From Pseudothermotoga sp. (GTDB lineage: Bacteria; Thermotogota; Thermotogae; Thermotogales; DSM-5069), in the NCBI GenBank assembly GCA_025060105.1, contig JANXCS010000003.1, positions 147,341 to 211,340 on the forward strand: a stretch of 64,000 bases of DNA, in the 5' to 3' direction. The position numbers were made by a program, and so were the translations under genes. Under the pieces are notes generated by a model that did no database searches, was not told where the DNA came from, and saw only the letters and a program-made list of their open reading frames with translations. Every line of letters starts with the position of its first letter. Within the stretch, counting starts at the first letter, position 1. Positions 47,557 to 56,398 of this stretch are shown one piece after another.

Positions 47557-48511
47557 AGTCAGAAATCTCAAAAAGCACTTCGTACTGCGTGGCAGAGGAT
47601 TGTGGGGTAAAAAGATACTCGTGAAAGCTGTCGATGACGTCAGCTTCAGTGTTTCTGAAGGTCAAAGTGTGGCGATCGTGGGAGAATCTGGCAGTGGTAA
47701 GAGCACCCTCATTCGTTGCATAAACGGCTTGATCAGGCCCACGAGTGGTGAGGTTTATCTCGACGGTCAACGCGTGGCACGGCTCAAAGGAAAAGAATAC
47801 AGAGAAAAGGTGGCACGCAAGGTTCAGATGGTTTTTCAAGATCCCACAACTTCCTTGAACCCGAGGCTCAAAGTCTTTGACATCGTTGTCGAACCCGTAC
47901 TCGCCCAAGGAAAAATGTCCAAATCGCAACTCAAAGATCTTGTGTACGACCTGCTCGAAAAAGTTGGGCTCGATCCAGAATTGTCGAGTAGATACCCAGG
48001 AGAGCTCAGCGGTGGGCAATGCCAAAGGGTAGCCATCGCTAGGGCCCTCTCCGTCAATCCAAAGATTCTACTGTTGGACGAGCCAACTTCCTCTCTGGAT
48101 GTATCGGTCCAGGCACAAGTTCTACAACTTTTGAACGAATTGCGTTACAAGTTCAATCTCACATACATCTTCGTCAGCCACGACCTTGGTGTTGTGAGGA
48201 ACGTTTCAGAAACGATCTTAGTTATGTATTTAGGAAAGATAGTCGAAGTGGGTCCAGTCGAACGAGTGATCGATGAACCTATACATCCATACACCAAATT
48301 ACTCATCGATTCTATGTTCGTGCCGGATCCGAATCTTGAAATGAGGAAACCTTCAACGTTTGGAGAACCCAGTACGGCCGTGAACGAAGGTTGCAAGTTC
48401 AGAAGTAGATGTCCTTTCTCGATCAAAGAGTGCGGATTTTATGATATGAATCTCATCAAGGTTTCGGAGAATAGGTTCGTTTCGTGCATCAAATGGAAGG
48501 AGGTAAGCTGA
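47549..48511 (+). CDS. ABC transporter ATP-binding protein (DppF/OppF type)
   Basis: Walker A GESGSGKST, signature LSGGQCQRV, Walker B LLLDEPTSSLD. Confidence 0.9.
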   Translation: MVEVRNLKKHFVLRGRGLWGKKILVKAVDDVSFSVSEGQSVAIVGESGSGKSTLIRCINGLIRPTSGEVYLDGQRVARLKGKEYREKVARKVQMVFQDPTTSLNPRLKVFDIVVEPVLAQGKMSKSQLKDLVYDLLEKVGLDPELSSRYPGELSGGQCQRVAIARALSVNPKILLLDEPTSSLDVSVQAQVLQLLNELRYKFNLTYIFVSHDLGVVRNVSETILVMYLGKIVEVGPVERVIDEPIHPYTKLLIDSMFVPDPNLEMRKPSTFGEPSTAVNEGCKFRSRCPFSIKECGFYDMNLIKVSENRFVSCIKWKEVS

Positions 48512-49605
48512 TGGTCGAATTGAGTGTGAGTGACATCGAACAAATACTCTTCGGGTGTGCCGTACTCGGTACAGGTGGCGGAGGAGACCTTCAGAAGGGG
48601 CTCGAAACTGTCAGAAAATCCGTCAAAGGAAAGATCAAGCTGTTGTCTGTAGACGAATTCGATGACGATCGTTTGGCGGCGTGTCCTTATTTCGTAGGTT
48701 CAGTCTCACCATCCTCGGATGTGAAGAAATCGACGAAGAAAGTAGAATCGCCCGTGGTCGAGTCTTTCAAACTCCTCGAGCGTTATATGGGTAAAAAGTT
48801 CGACGCCGTTTTCCCGACTGAGCTTGGAGGAGGAAACACCGCAGTTGCCTTCGAGGTTGCCGCACAGCTGAACGTGGCAGTTTTGGACGGTGACCCAGTG
48901 GGTAGAGCAGTACCTGAGGTACAGCACACCAGCTTCTATTTGCTCGGAGTTCCCATGACGCCTTTCACCGTATGCAATCATTACGGTGATAAGCTGGTGG
49001 TTGAAGAGGTGTGCTCAGACGAACAAGCGGAAGAAATAACAAGGTCCATCGCAATCTTGAGCGGTGGAAAGGTGGGGGTCACGTCACATCCGCTCAAAGG
49101 GTCCATACTGAAACGAAGTCTTGTGAGAGGTACCGTGAGCCTGGCTTGGCAGGTTGGAAAGGCGAAGAGTGAGGCACAAAGAAGAGGAGAAAACGTCGTA
49201 GAAGCGATCGTGAAAGTTCTGGGAGCAAAAGTTCTTTTCGAAGGTTTAGCGATCGGCGATGCTCAATGGGAAGATAAAGGGGGTTTTACGTACGGTGAGA
49301 TGCTTTTCGATGGGATAGGATCTTTCGAGGGTAGAAAATTCAAAATTTGGTTCAAGAACGAAAACCTCATAGCGTGGCTGGACGGGAGAGTTTGCATAAC
49401 TTGTCCAGATTTGATCATCGTTCTCAGAGCCGACGATGGTTCTCCAGTGCTCAACCCACATTTGAAGAAGAATGAGCGGGTCGTCGTGATCGGCATGGCA
49501 GCGAACCAGTTGTGGAGGAGCAGTAAGGCGATCGAAATATTCGGACCGAGACACTTTGGTTTCGACTTCGATTACGTGCCTTTTGAAAGGAGCACGGTGA
49601 AATGA
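48511..49605 (+). CDS. DUF917-family protein
   Basis: The N-terminus ...GCAVLGTGGGGD... and ELGGGNT match my recollection of DUF917. ATG at 48511 overlaps the ATPase stop (TGATG) and has SD AGGAGG. Confidence 0.7.
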   Translation: MVELSVSDIEQILFGCAVLGTGGGGDLQKGLETVRKSVKGKIKLLSVDEFDDDRLAACPYFVGSVSPSSDVKKSTKKVESPVVESFKLLERYMGKKFDAVFPTELGGGNTAVAFEVAAQLNVAVLDGDPVGRAVPEVQHTSFYLLGVPMTPFTVCNHYGDKLVVEEVCSDEQAEEITRSIAILSGGKVGVTSHPLKGSILKRSLVRGTVSLAWQVGKAKSEAQRRGENVVEAIVKVLGAKVLFEGLAIGDAQWEDKGGFTYGEMLFDGIGSFEGRKFKIWFKNENLIAWLDGRVCITCPDLIIVLRADDGSPVLNPHLKKNERVVVIGMAANQLWRSSKAIEIFGPRHFGFDFDYVPFERSTVK

Positions 49606-50624
49606 GGTTCGATCTGTCGAAGGCTGCGAGAAAATTGATCTGTGAGGTTTTCAAGATTAAGCCCGATGAAGAAGTCGTCATCACGTACGATACACTCTCC
49701 GATCTTTCCGTCGTTCAAGCAGTTGCGAGTGAAGTTTTTCGCACGGGAGCTAAGCCTCTGCTTCTCTGTGTTCCTGCGCCCAAGGGTGTTGGCAAAGCTG
49801 CCGATCCAGATCTTCCACTCAAAACACTCAGTGCAGCCCTTCAGAATGCGAACGTGTGGATAGAGTTCAATCAACGTTGGCTACTCTATTCTTCAGCTTT
49901 CGAAATGGCGATCAAGAACAAAAACCTTCGGTACATGTGCCTTGTGGGAATGGATCACGATATGTTCGTACGAACCTTGGACATCGATCTAGACAAGTTG
50001 GCCATTTTCATGGAACGGCTCGCACGCATACTGAAGGAAGCTGAAGAAGTGCGGATCGTGAACCCTTCTGGCACCGATGTGAAGTTCAAAAACCATCCGA
50101 AGCGTCCCATAATATGCGACCATGGTGATGCGAGTGTGCCTGGCATCCATATGCTTCCAGGCCAGATGAGTTGGACTCCCATTGAAGAGACGATTCACGG
50201 AAGGATCGTCTTCGACGGTTCAATCGTTCCGCCACTCGGTGTACTCAAGCAACCTGTCACGCTGATCGTCGAATCTGGTAGGATCGTCCAAATCCTTGGT
50301 GGTAATGAAGCGAAGCAGTTTGAATCTTGGTTGAAGTCTTTCCACCACGAAGGTATGTTCAGACTCGCACACATCTCACTCGGACTCAATCCGGGTGCGA
50401 GGTTGAGCGGAAACGTTTTGGAAGATGAGCGAGTCTGGGGTTGTAGCGAATGGGGCATAGGTTACATCAGCGAAGACCTCACACCGGACAGAGTCTACAC
50501 AGATCAAGCTCCATCGCACTGTGATGGTGTGTGCTTGAATTCGACCATCATCGTCGATGGAAGAGTTGTGATGTCCGACGGAGCCATCGTGGACGAAAGG
50601 CTCAGTGAAATTATGAACGGTTGA
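49602..50624 (+). CDS. Aminopeptidase-T/M29-like (COG2309, NicX-like fold) protein
   Basis: 340 aa. The N-terminus ..AARKLI..V..IKPDEEVVI and overall pattern are as in M29-like proteins. ATGA overlap with the DUF917 gene. Confidence 0.6.
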   Translation: MRFDLSKAARKLICEVFKIKPDEEVVITYDTLSDLSVVQAVASEVFRTGAKPLLLCVPAPKGVGKAADPDLPLKTLSAALQNANVWIEFNQRWLLYSSAFEMAIKNKNLRYMCLVGMDHDMFVRTLDIDLDKLAIFMERLARILKEAEEVRIVNPSGTDVKFKNHPKRPIICDHGDASVPGIHMLPGQMSWTPIEETIHGRIVFDGSIVPPLGVLKQPVTLIVESGRIVQILGGNEAKQFESWLKSFHHEGMFRLAHISLGLNPGARLSGNVLEDERVWGCSEWGIGYISEDLTPDRVYTDQAPSHCDGVCLNSTIIVDGRVVMSDGAIVDERLSEIMNG

Positions 50625-50627
50625 AGT

Positions 50628-51833
50628 TCATTCCGGCTCGCTCTCGATTTGTTGGGCAAACTGCGTTGCCATCTGTTGGAGCTTCTCCAAATCGTTTTCC
50701 GTTGGAGCTCCGTTGAACTCGTGGACATCGACCACCTTCCAGCCCAGCGGTTCAACGAGTTCTTTGATCCGCTTGATGGCACCTCCACTCCAACCGTAAC
50801 TTCCAAAGATCAAAGCCAGCTTGTTCTTCACGTGCTTTATCTGTGCCAATCTCAACAGATCTTCCATCGGTGGGAACAACGCAGCTTCGTAAGTTGGAGC
50901 ACCTATGACGACACCACGTTTTTCCCACAACGAAGCGAGGATGTAACTGTGGTGTGTCTGAGTGACGTTGAATACAGAGATGGGTAATCTGGACTTGCTC
51001 AATCCCCTCAGTACGGAGTTCATCGCTCGCTCGGTGTTACCATACATCGAACCGTAGACGAGCGTGACACCTTTCTTGGAAGGCTTTTCAGCGTATTCCG
51101 CCCATTCTCTGTACATCCTGATGGGCGTGTGAGGTTCTGCCCTCCACACGAGCCCGTGCGATGGAGCGACGACATCGATCGGTAAGTTCGCCAATCTCTC
51201 TATCGCCCTCAGAACTGGCCTGCTGAAAGAGGCGACGATGTTGACGTAATATCTGAGCATTTCCTTCAAGTAAAATTCCTTATCCTCACACTCATCATCG
51301 AATATGGCTCCCTTAAACGCCCCGTAGCTTCCAAAACCATCACAGGAGAAAAGCACTCTCTCACTCACCTCGTAAGTCATCATCGTTTCGGGCCAGTGAA
51401 CCAACGGTGTGTAGAAAAATTTCAAGGTCTTTTTGCCCAGGGAAAGTTGCTCTCCATCTTTGACGATCTTCACGTTCTGATCGATCTGATAGAAAGCTTT
51501 CAACATTTTAGCACCCCTATCGGAGATGAGTATCGTCGCGTTCGGTGCAACCTTCTTCAAAACGCTCAAAACACCCGTGTGGTCTGGCTCCATGTGGTTG
51601 ACCACGACGTAATCGATTTTCGAAAGGGGAACGACACTCTCTATCTGTTCGAAGAACTCATCCACCTTGATCGATTTTGCCAGATCGATGAGTGCGTTTT
51701 TCTCATCTTTGAGCAGATAGGCGTTGTACGAAACACCTTCTTCACCTATGGGCCAGAGCCCTTCGAACAGCTGAGTGAACCTATCGTTCACTCCCACCCA
51801 ATAGATACCTGGCTTCACCTCGATCGCTTTCAT
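50628..51833 (-). CDS. fprA: FprA-type flavodiiron protein (metallo-beta-lactamase plus flavodoxin domains)
   Basis: Diiron motif VNHMEPDHTG, a second ligand region, and a C-terminal flavodoxin VTLVYGSMYGNTE. ATG at 51833 lies 6 nt after GAGGAGGGA. The ORF track start is TTG 51863. Confidence 0.9.
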   Translation of the reverse strand: MKAIEVKPGIYWVGVNDRFTQLFEGLWPIGEEGVSYNAYLLKDEKNALIDLAKSIKVDEFFEQIESVVPLSKIDYVVVNHMEPDHTGVLSVLKKVAPNATILISDRGAKMLKAFYQIDQNVKIVKDGEQLSLGKKTLKFFYTPLVHWPETMMTYEVSERVLFSCDGFGSYGAFKGAIFDDECEDKEFYLKEMLRYYVNIVASFSRPVLRAIERLANLPIDVVAPSHGLVWRAEPHTPIRMYREWAEYAEKPSKKGVTLVYGSMYGNTERAMNSVLRGLSKSRLPISVFNVTQTHHSYILASLWEKRGVVIGAPTYEAALFPPMEDLLRLAQIKHVKNKLALIFGSYGWSGGAIKRIKELVEPLGWKVVDVHEFNGAPTENDLEKLQQMATQFAQQIESEPE

Positions 51834-51910
51834 GCGAAATCCCTCCTCGGCAATATTGTACAAAACGATCGCGAGACACTGTAAAATTCAAGATGGAGGG
51901 GGGATCTCTG

Positions 51911-53458
51911 GTGAAAAAATATTTAGCGATGTTTCTGGTCTTGATCGTCGTGGCGTTGTTCGCAGCGAAGTTAACGATCCTTCACATCAACGACACACAC
52001 GGTCGAGCCTGGCCCTGGAGTGAGACGAACAATCCAAACATAGGAGGTTTCGCTGCAATCGCGACGATCGTGGAGGAGGTTAGAAAGGAAGTCGAAGCCG
52101 TTTCTGGTCGTGTGCTGTTTCTGCACGCTGGAGATTTGAACACGGGTGTACCCGAATCGGACATGTTGGATGCCGCACCAGACATCGTCGCGTTCAACAT
52201 GATGAGACTCGATGCGATGGTGCTTGGTAACCACGAGTTCGATAAACCGAAGGAAGTTTTGGCCAAACAGATGAAGCTCGCAAAGTTTCCGTTTTTGAGT
52301 GCGAACTTTTACGATCCAGAAGGCGTTGTCAAACCTGCTCCTTACATCATCAAAGATTTTGGAGATCTGAAGGTGGCGATCATAGGCCTCACCACCGAAG
52401 AAACGGCGATACTGGAACCGTTACATCTGAAGGGTGCACGGTTTGAAAACTGTGTGGAAACCACCAAAAAGATCGTTGAGGAATTGAAAGGGAAAGTCGA
52501 TCTGATCGTCGTATTGGCGCATTTGGGTTGGGGACCAGAGGGTGAAGGAAAGACCACGAGCAAACAGCTGGCGCAGAGTGTTGAAGGTATCCATGTGATC
52601 GTCGATGGACACAGCCATACGAAGTTCGAAACGGCTCAGCTGGTCAACGGAGTCATCGTGGTTCAGGCGTGGGAATGGGGTAAATACGTAGGGAGACTAG
52701 ATCTAGAGATAGAGAAAGGTAAGATCCTGTCGTACAACTGGAAACCGATCCCAGTGAATCTGAAGATCCACAAAGGCAAGGATGCGGAAGGTAAAGACAT
52801 CTACGAATACGTGGACAAAGAATACAAAGAACACTTCTACGTCAAAACCGTACTCGATTACTTCAAACAGCTCGGCGATGAAAAACTCAACACGGTGATA
52901 GGGAAAACCCACATCCTGCTCGATGGCGAAAGGGCGAACGTTCGTTCGAAGAGCACGAACCTTGCGAACATGATCTGCGATGCGATGATCTGGAAAGTCA
53001 ACGCGGACGTTTCACTAATGAACGGTGGTGGCATCAGAGCCTCGATAAAGCCTGGAGAAATCACGGTGAGAGACGTGCTGACGGTCCTACCATTCGGCAA
53101 CACCCTCTACGTGCTCAAAATGAACGGTGAACAGCTGTTGAAAGTTTTGCGGTATGCTGCAACCATAAAAGAGGGGCAAGGTGGATTCCTACAGACCGGC
53201 GGTTTGACTTGGAAGAGCGTCGCAGGAGAGGTAGTGGAAGCCAAGGTGAAGGGTGAACCGATCGATCCAAGCAAAACGTACACGGTTGTGACGAACAATT
53301 ACTTGGCTGGTGGCGGCGATGGCTATACGATGCTTTCGGGCCTACCTGGCTACGATACCGGTTTCAGATTGGACAGCGTTCTTGTCGAGTTCATCCAAAC
53401 GGTTCTAAAAGGCGAGATAAAAGACTACGACTCTTCACTCAGATACATCAGACAATGA
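51911..53458 (+). CDS. Secreted bifunctional metallophosphatase/5'-nucleotidase (UshA family)
   Basis: Signal peptide, then HINDTHG, HAGDLN and GNHEFD metallophosphatase motifs and a C-terminal 5'-nucleotidase domain. GTG at 51911 lies 7 nt after GGAGGGGGG. Confidence 0.85.
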   Translation: MKKYLAMFLVLIVVALFAAKLTILHINDTHGRAWPWSETNNPNIGGFAAIATIVEEVRKEVEAVSGRVLFLHAGDLNTGVPESDMLDAAPDIVAFNMMRLDAMVLGNHEFDKPKEVLAKQMKLAKFPFLSANFYDPEGVVKPAPYIIKDFGDLKVAIIGLTTEETAILEPLHLKGARFENCVETTKKIVEELKGKVDLIVVLAHLGWGPEGEGKTTSKQLAQSVEGIHVIVDGHSHTKFETAQLVNGVIVVQAWEWGKYVGRLDLEIEKGKILSYNWKPIPVNLKIHKGKDAEGKDIYEYVDKEYKEHFYVKTVLDYFKQLGDEKLNTVIGKTHILLDGERANVRSKSTNLANMICDAMIWKVNADVSLMNGGGIRASIKPGEITVRDVLTVLPFGNTLYVLKMNGEQLLKVLRYAATIKEGQGGFLQTGGLTWKSVAGEVVEAKVKGEPIDPSKTYTVVTNNYLAGGGDGYTMLSGLPGYDTGFRLDSVLVEFIQTVLKGEIKDYDSSLRYIRQ

Positions 53459-53468
53459 CGGTAAAAGA

Positions 53469-53490
53469 AGGGGACCTTCGCTGGTCCCCT
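53469..53490. terminator. Bidirectional terminator hairpin between convergent genes
   Basis: AGGGGACC-ttcgct-GGTCCCCT (8-bp stem), flanked by an A-run upstream and TTTCTT downstream. Confidence 0.7.
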
Positions 53491-53494
53491 TTCT

Positions 53495-54166
53495 TCATCT
53501 TTCACCGACGATCGTACCTGGAATCCTCAGCTTTCTTTCGAGCAACGAGAAGAGATGGGCACTCAGCCAAACCACGGAGAGGTATATAAAGGCAGTTAGA
53601 AGGTACACTCTGAAAAATTCAAAGTTGCGACTGGCTATGAATTTGGCTTGAGCCATCATTTCCGGAGCACCTATGATGTAAGCCATCGAAGTGTACTTCA
53701 AAAGGTAAATGAACTCGTTCGTCCAAGCGGGAATCACGCGCCTCAACGCTTGAGGTAGAATGATCAGTCTAACGGCTTGCCACTTCGTCATTCCGATCGA
53801 ATGGGCCGCTCTCAGCTGTCCCACGCCGATGGATTGAATGGCTCCCCTTATGTACTCAGCTTGATAAGCAGCGCTGTTGATCGTGAAACCTATCAGCGCC
53901 GCGGCCAGAGGAGAAAGTCTCAACCCGTAAACAGGTAAGCCATAGTACAAGATGAAAAGTTGCACGAGCATCGGTGTGCCCCTTATCAGCTCTATGAATC
54001 CTACGCACAGAAAGCTCACAAACTTGTTGGCGTAAACTCTTCCGACGCAGAGCAAGATCCCAAGAACAAATCCAACGCCGGCGGCGAAGAGTGTCAGATA
54101 GACCGTGACTATCAAACCGTTCAACAACTTCGGTAAAGATTGCTGCACGATTTGGATGAAACTCAT
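53495..54166 (-). CDS. Polar amino-acid ABC transporter permease (His/Glu/Gln/Arg/opine family)
   Basis: 223 aa, 5 TM helices. IELIRGTP and an EAA-type loop (AAHSIGMTKWQAVRLIILPQA). Confidence 0.9.
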   Translation of the reverse strand: MSFIQIVQQSLPKLLNGLIVTVYLTLFAAGVGFVLGILLCVGRVYANKFVSFLCVGFIELIRGTPMLVQLFILYYGLPVYGLRLSPLAAALIGFTINSAAYQAEYIRGAIQSIGVGQLRAAHSIGMTKWQAVRLIILPQALRRVIPAWTNEFIYLLKYTSMAYIIGAPEMMAQAKFIASRNFEFFRVYLLTAFIYLSVVWLSAHLFSLLERKLRIPGTIVGER

Positions 54167-54915
54167 CTCGGTTTCTCTCCGTAGAGCTCGCTCAGTTTCT
54201 TGAGGAACTGTTTTGCACGTTCGGTTTTTGGATTGCTGAAAAATTCATCTGGAGCACCCCTTTCGAGGATCACACCATCCTCCATGAAGAGTATTTCGCT
54301 CGCCACGTTCCTGGCGAAACCAAGTTCGTGTGTGACCACGACCATCGTCATGCCCTCTTTCGCGAGGTCCATCATGACCGACAAGACTTCACCTATCAAC
54401 TCCGGGTCGAGAGCGGACGTTGGCTCATCGAAGAGTATCACCTTCGGTCTCATCGCCAACGCCCTCGCGATGGCAACACGCTGCTTTTGACCACCAGAAA
54501 GTTGCGACGGATAATGGTTCGCTTTGTCCAGAAGTCCTACCTTTCTCAGTTGTTCTAAAGCTATCTGCGTTGCCTCCTCTTTGGGGATTTTTTGAACTTT
54601 CATTGGGCCTATCCGAACGTTATCGAGGGCCGTGAGGTGGTTGAACAGGTTGAAATCTTGAAAGACGAAACCGATCTTTTGTCTCATCCTATGAACGTTC
54701 TTGGGCGTGATCTCTTCGTTCTCGAGGAAAACCCTCCCCGAATCTGGTTCAACGAGCCTGTTTATGCACGCAAGTAGTGTGCTCTTACCAGTCCCACTCG
54801 GTCCAAGTATGACCTTCGTTTCACCCCTTTTGACCTCGAACGATACACCGCGAAGAACCTGTACAGAACCGAAACTCTTTTTTAGGTTTTCGACCCTCAA
54901 CACGACTTCGCTCAA
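54163..54915 (-). CDS. Polar amino-acid ABC transporter ATP-binding protein (GlnQ type)
   Basis: Walker A GPSGTGKST, signature LSGGQKQRVAIARAL, Walker B ILFDEPTSALDP. Confidence 0.9.
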   Translation of the reverse strand: MSEVVLRVENLKKSFGSVQVLRGVSFEVKRGETKVILGPSGTGKSTLLACINRLVEPDSGRVFLENEEITPKNVHRMRQKIGFVFQDFNLFNHLTALDNVRIGPMKVQKIPKEEATQIALEQLRKVGLLDKANHYPSQLSGGQKQRVAIARALAMRPKVILFDEPTSALDPELIGEVLSVMMDLAKEGMTMVVVTHELGFARNVASEILFMEDGVILERGAPDEFFSNPKTERAKQFLKKLSELYGEKPR

Positions 54916-55568
54916 TGAACTACCTCCCTCGTTTCAAAGCCAGGGATCGCAAGTTTCTTCTCAACGATCGCGAAGATCTTGTTCGCCGAGAGGGTGAGTA
55001 CCAGATATATGGCCGCGCAAGTCAAAAAGATCACCATGGGTTCGTAGGTTCGCGCCACGATGTAGCTACCTTGCCTCAACAACTCGATGACACCGAGCGC
55101 ATACGCCATGGAGGAATCCTTCAACACCACGGTGAGTTCGTTGGTCCACGGTGCGATGGAGAATCTCAGAGCCTGTGGCAAGACCACATGCCAAAACGTT
55201 TGTAATCTGTTCATACCGAGTGAGTACGCAGCGAGCGTTTGGCCTTTCGATACGGACAGGATGGCCCCTCTGAAAATTTGAGACTGATAGGCTGAACTCC
55301 TTATGCCAAGTCCCAGAACGCACGCCAAAAAGGGATTGAGTCTGATACCTACTTCGGGTAAGCCGTAAAAGATGAGCATCAAAAGGACCAACAGGGGGAT
55401 ACTCCTGAAGGTCCTTTCATAGACCGAACAAACGATTTTTGAAAAAGAATGACCGTACACTTGAAAAAAACTCACAGGTATGGCGACTAACAGGCCGAGG
55501 GTCAGCCCCAGCGCAGTCAACTGAACCGTCACCCAAGTGCCTTTCAACAGGTACGGGAGAGACTCCAA
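54912..55568 (-). CDS. Polar amino-acid ABC transporter permease (second subunit)
   Basis: 218 aa. FRSIPLLV and AAYSLGMNRLQTFWHVVLPQA. The TTG start has no obvious SD, so the start is uncertain. Confidence 0.85.
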   Translation of the reverse strand: MESLPYLLKGTWVTVQLTALGLTLGLLVAIPVSFFQVYGHSFSKIVCSVYERTFRSIPLLVLLMLIFYGLPEVGIRLNPFLACVLGLGIRSSAYQSQIFRGAILSVSKGQTLAAYSLGMNRLQTFWHVVLPQALRFSIAPWTNELTVVLKDSSMAYALGVIELLRQGSYIVARTYEPMVIFLTCAAIYLVLTLSANKIFAIVEKKLAIPGFETREVVH

Positions 55569-55610
55569 AATCAGTTTCAGCTTATCTATCTTTCATCTCC
55601 CCCCACAGCC

Positions 55611-56333
55611 TCAGAAGTACTTGTCAATGAGTTCACTCATTTTACCAGATTCGATGATCTGCTTGAGTGCGTTGTTAATCGCGTTCAACAGTTCCTTGTT
55701 CCCTTTCCTCACGGCTATACCGTACTGCTCACCGGTGACTATGATCCCCACGACTTTGACTGGTTTCGTGGCGGCGAACCTGCTTGCAACAGGTGAGTCC
55801 AGCACGATGGCATCGATGTTCCCATTCAAAAGGTCGCTCAACGCCAAGATGAACGTGTCATACCTTTTGAGGTTTCTCTCTGGCAATATGCCTTTCGAAA
55901 CCAACTCATCGGTGCACCAGAGATCCCCCGTTGTACCGGTTTGAACACCGATTTTGTACTTACCGAACAACACGGTGATCGTCAGGTTCGAATCGGCTCT
56001 GACTATCACACTCTGATCGGCCGTCCAATAGGGTATAGAGAAATCCACAACCTGTTTTCGTTCTTCCGTTATCGTCATTGCAGCCGCAACCACATCGATC
56101 TGACCAGCACGCAGTGCGGGGATCAAAGAATCGAAACTCATATCCACGAATTTCAACTCAAAACCTGCGATCTTTGCGATCTCCCTCATGAGGTCCATGT
56201 CGAAGCCAACGAACCGGCCGTTTTCTATGTACTCGAAAGGTGGAAAGTCTGCACTGGTTCCTACCGTGATGGTCTTCGAAAAGGCAAATGCGGCGAGCAA
56301 TAGCAAAGCGAGCACGAACGATCTCAACTTCAT
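55611..56333 (-). CDS. Amino-acid ABC transporter substrate-binding protein (SBP family 3)
   Basis: 240 aa. Signal peptide, then the ..FPPFEY....G...GFD.DL pattern. SD GGAGGTGG. Confidence 0.9.
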   Translation of the reverse strand: MKLRSFVLALLLLAAFAFSKTITVGTSADFPPFEYIENGRFVGFDMDLMREIAKIAGFELKFVDMSFDSLIPALRAGQIDVVAAAMTITEERKQVVDFSIPYWTADQSVIVRADSNLTITVLFGKYKIGVQTGTTGDLWCTDELVSKGILPERNLKRYDTFILALSDLLNGNIDAIVLDSPVASRFAATKPVKVVGIIVTGEQYGIAVRKGNKELLNAINNALKQIIESGKMSELIDKYF

Positions 56334-56348
56334 TCAAACACCACCTCC

Positions 56349-56362
56349 AACCTTTAAAGGTT
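56349..56362. promoter_or_regulatory. 14-bp perfect palindrome AACCTTTAAAGGTT (candidate operator)
   Basis: It lies between the predicted -10 and the SD of the amino-acid ABC operon. Confidence 0.3.
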
Positions 56363-56368
56363 TGTCAC

Positions 56369-56398
56369 ATTATACCACACACGTTTTCGCTCATTCAA
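56369..56398 (-). promoter_or_regulatory. Putative promoter of the amino-acid ABC operon
   Basis: On the minus strand: TTGAAT (56398-56393), an 18-nt spacer, then an extended -10 TGgTATAAT ending at 56369. The -35 overlaps the gnd stop codon. Confidence 0.4.

Noticed and set aside
55582-55604. A mini-ORF (ATG AAA GAT AGA TAA) with the SD-like GGGGGGAG, between the amino-acid SBP and permease genes.
   Set aside because: The SD-like run abuts the ATG with zero spacing, and the ORF is only 4 codons long. The G-run is more likely the SD for the downstream permease, whose true (possibly non-canonical) start I cannot fix.
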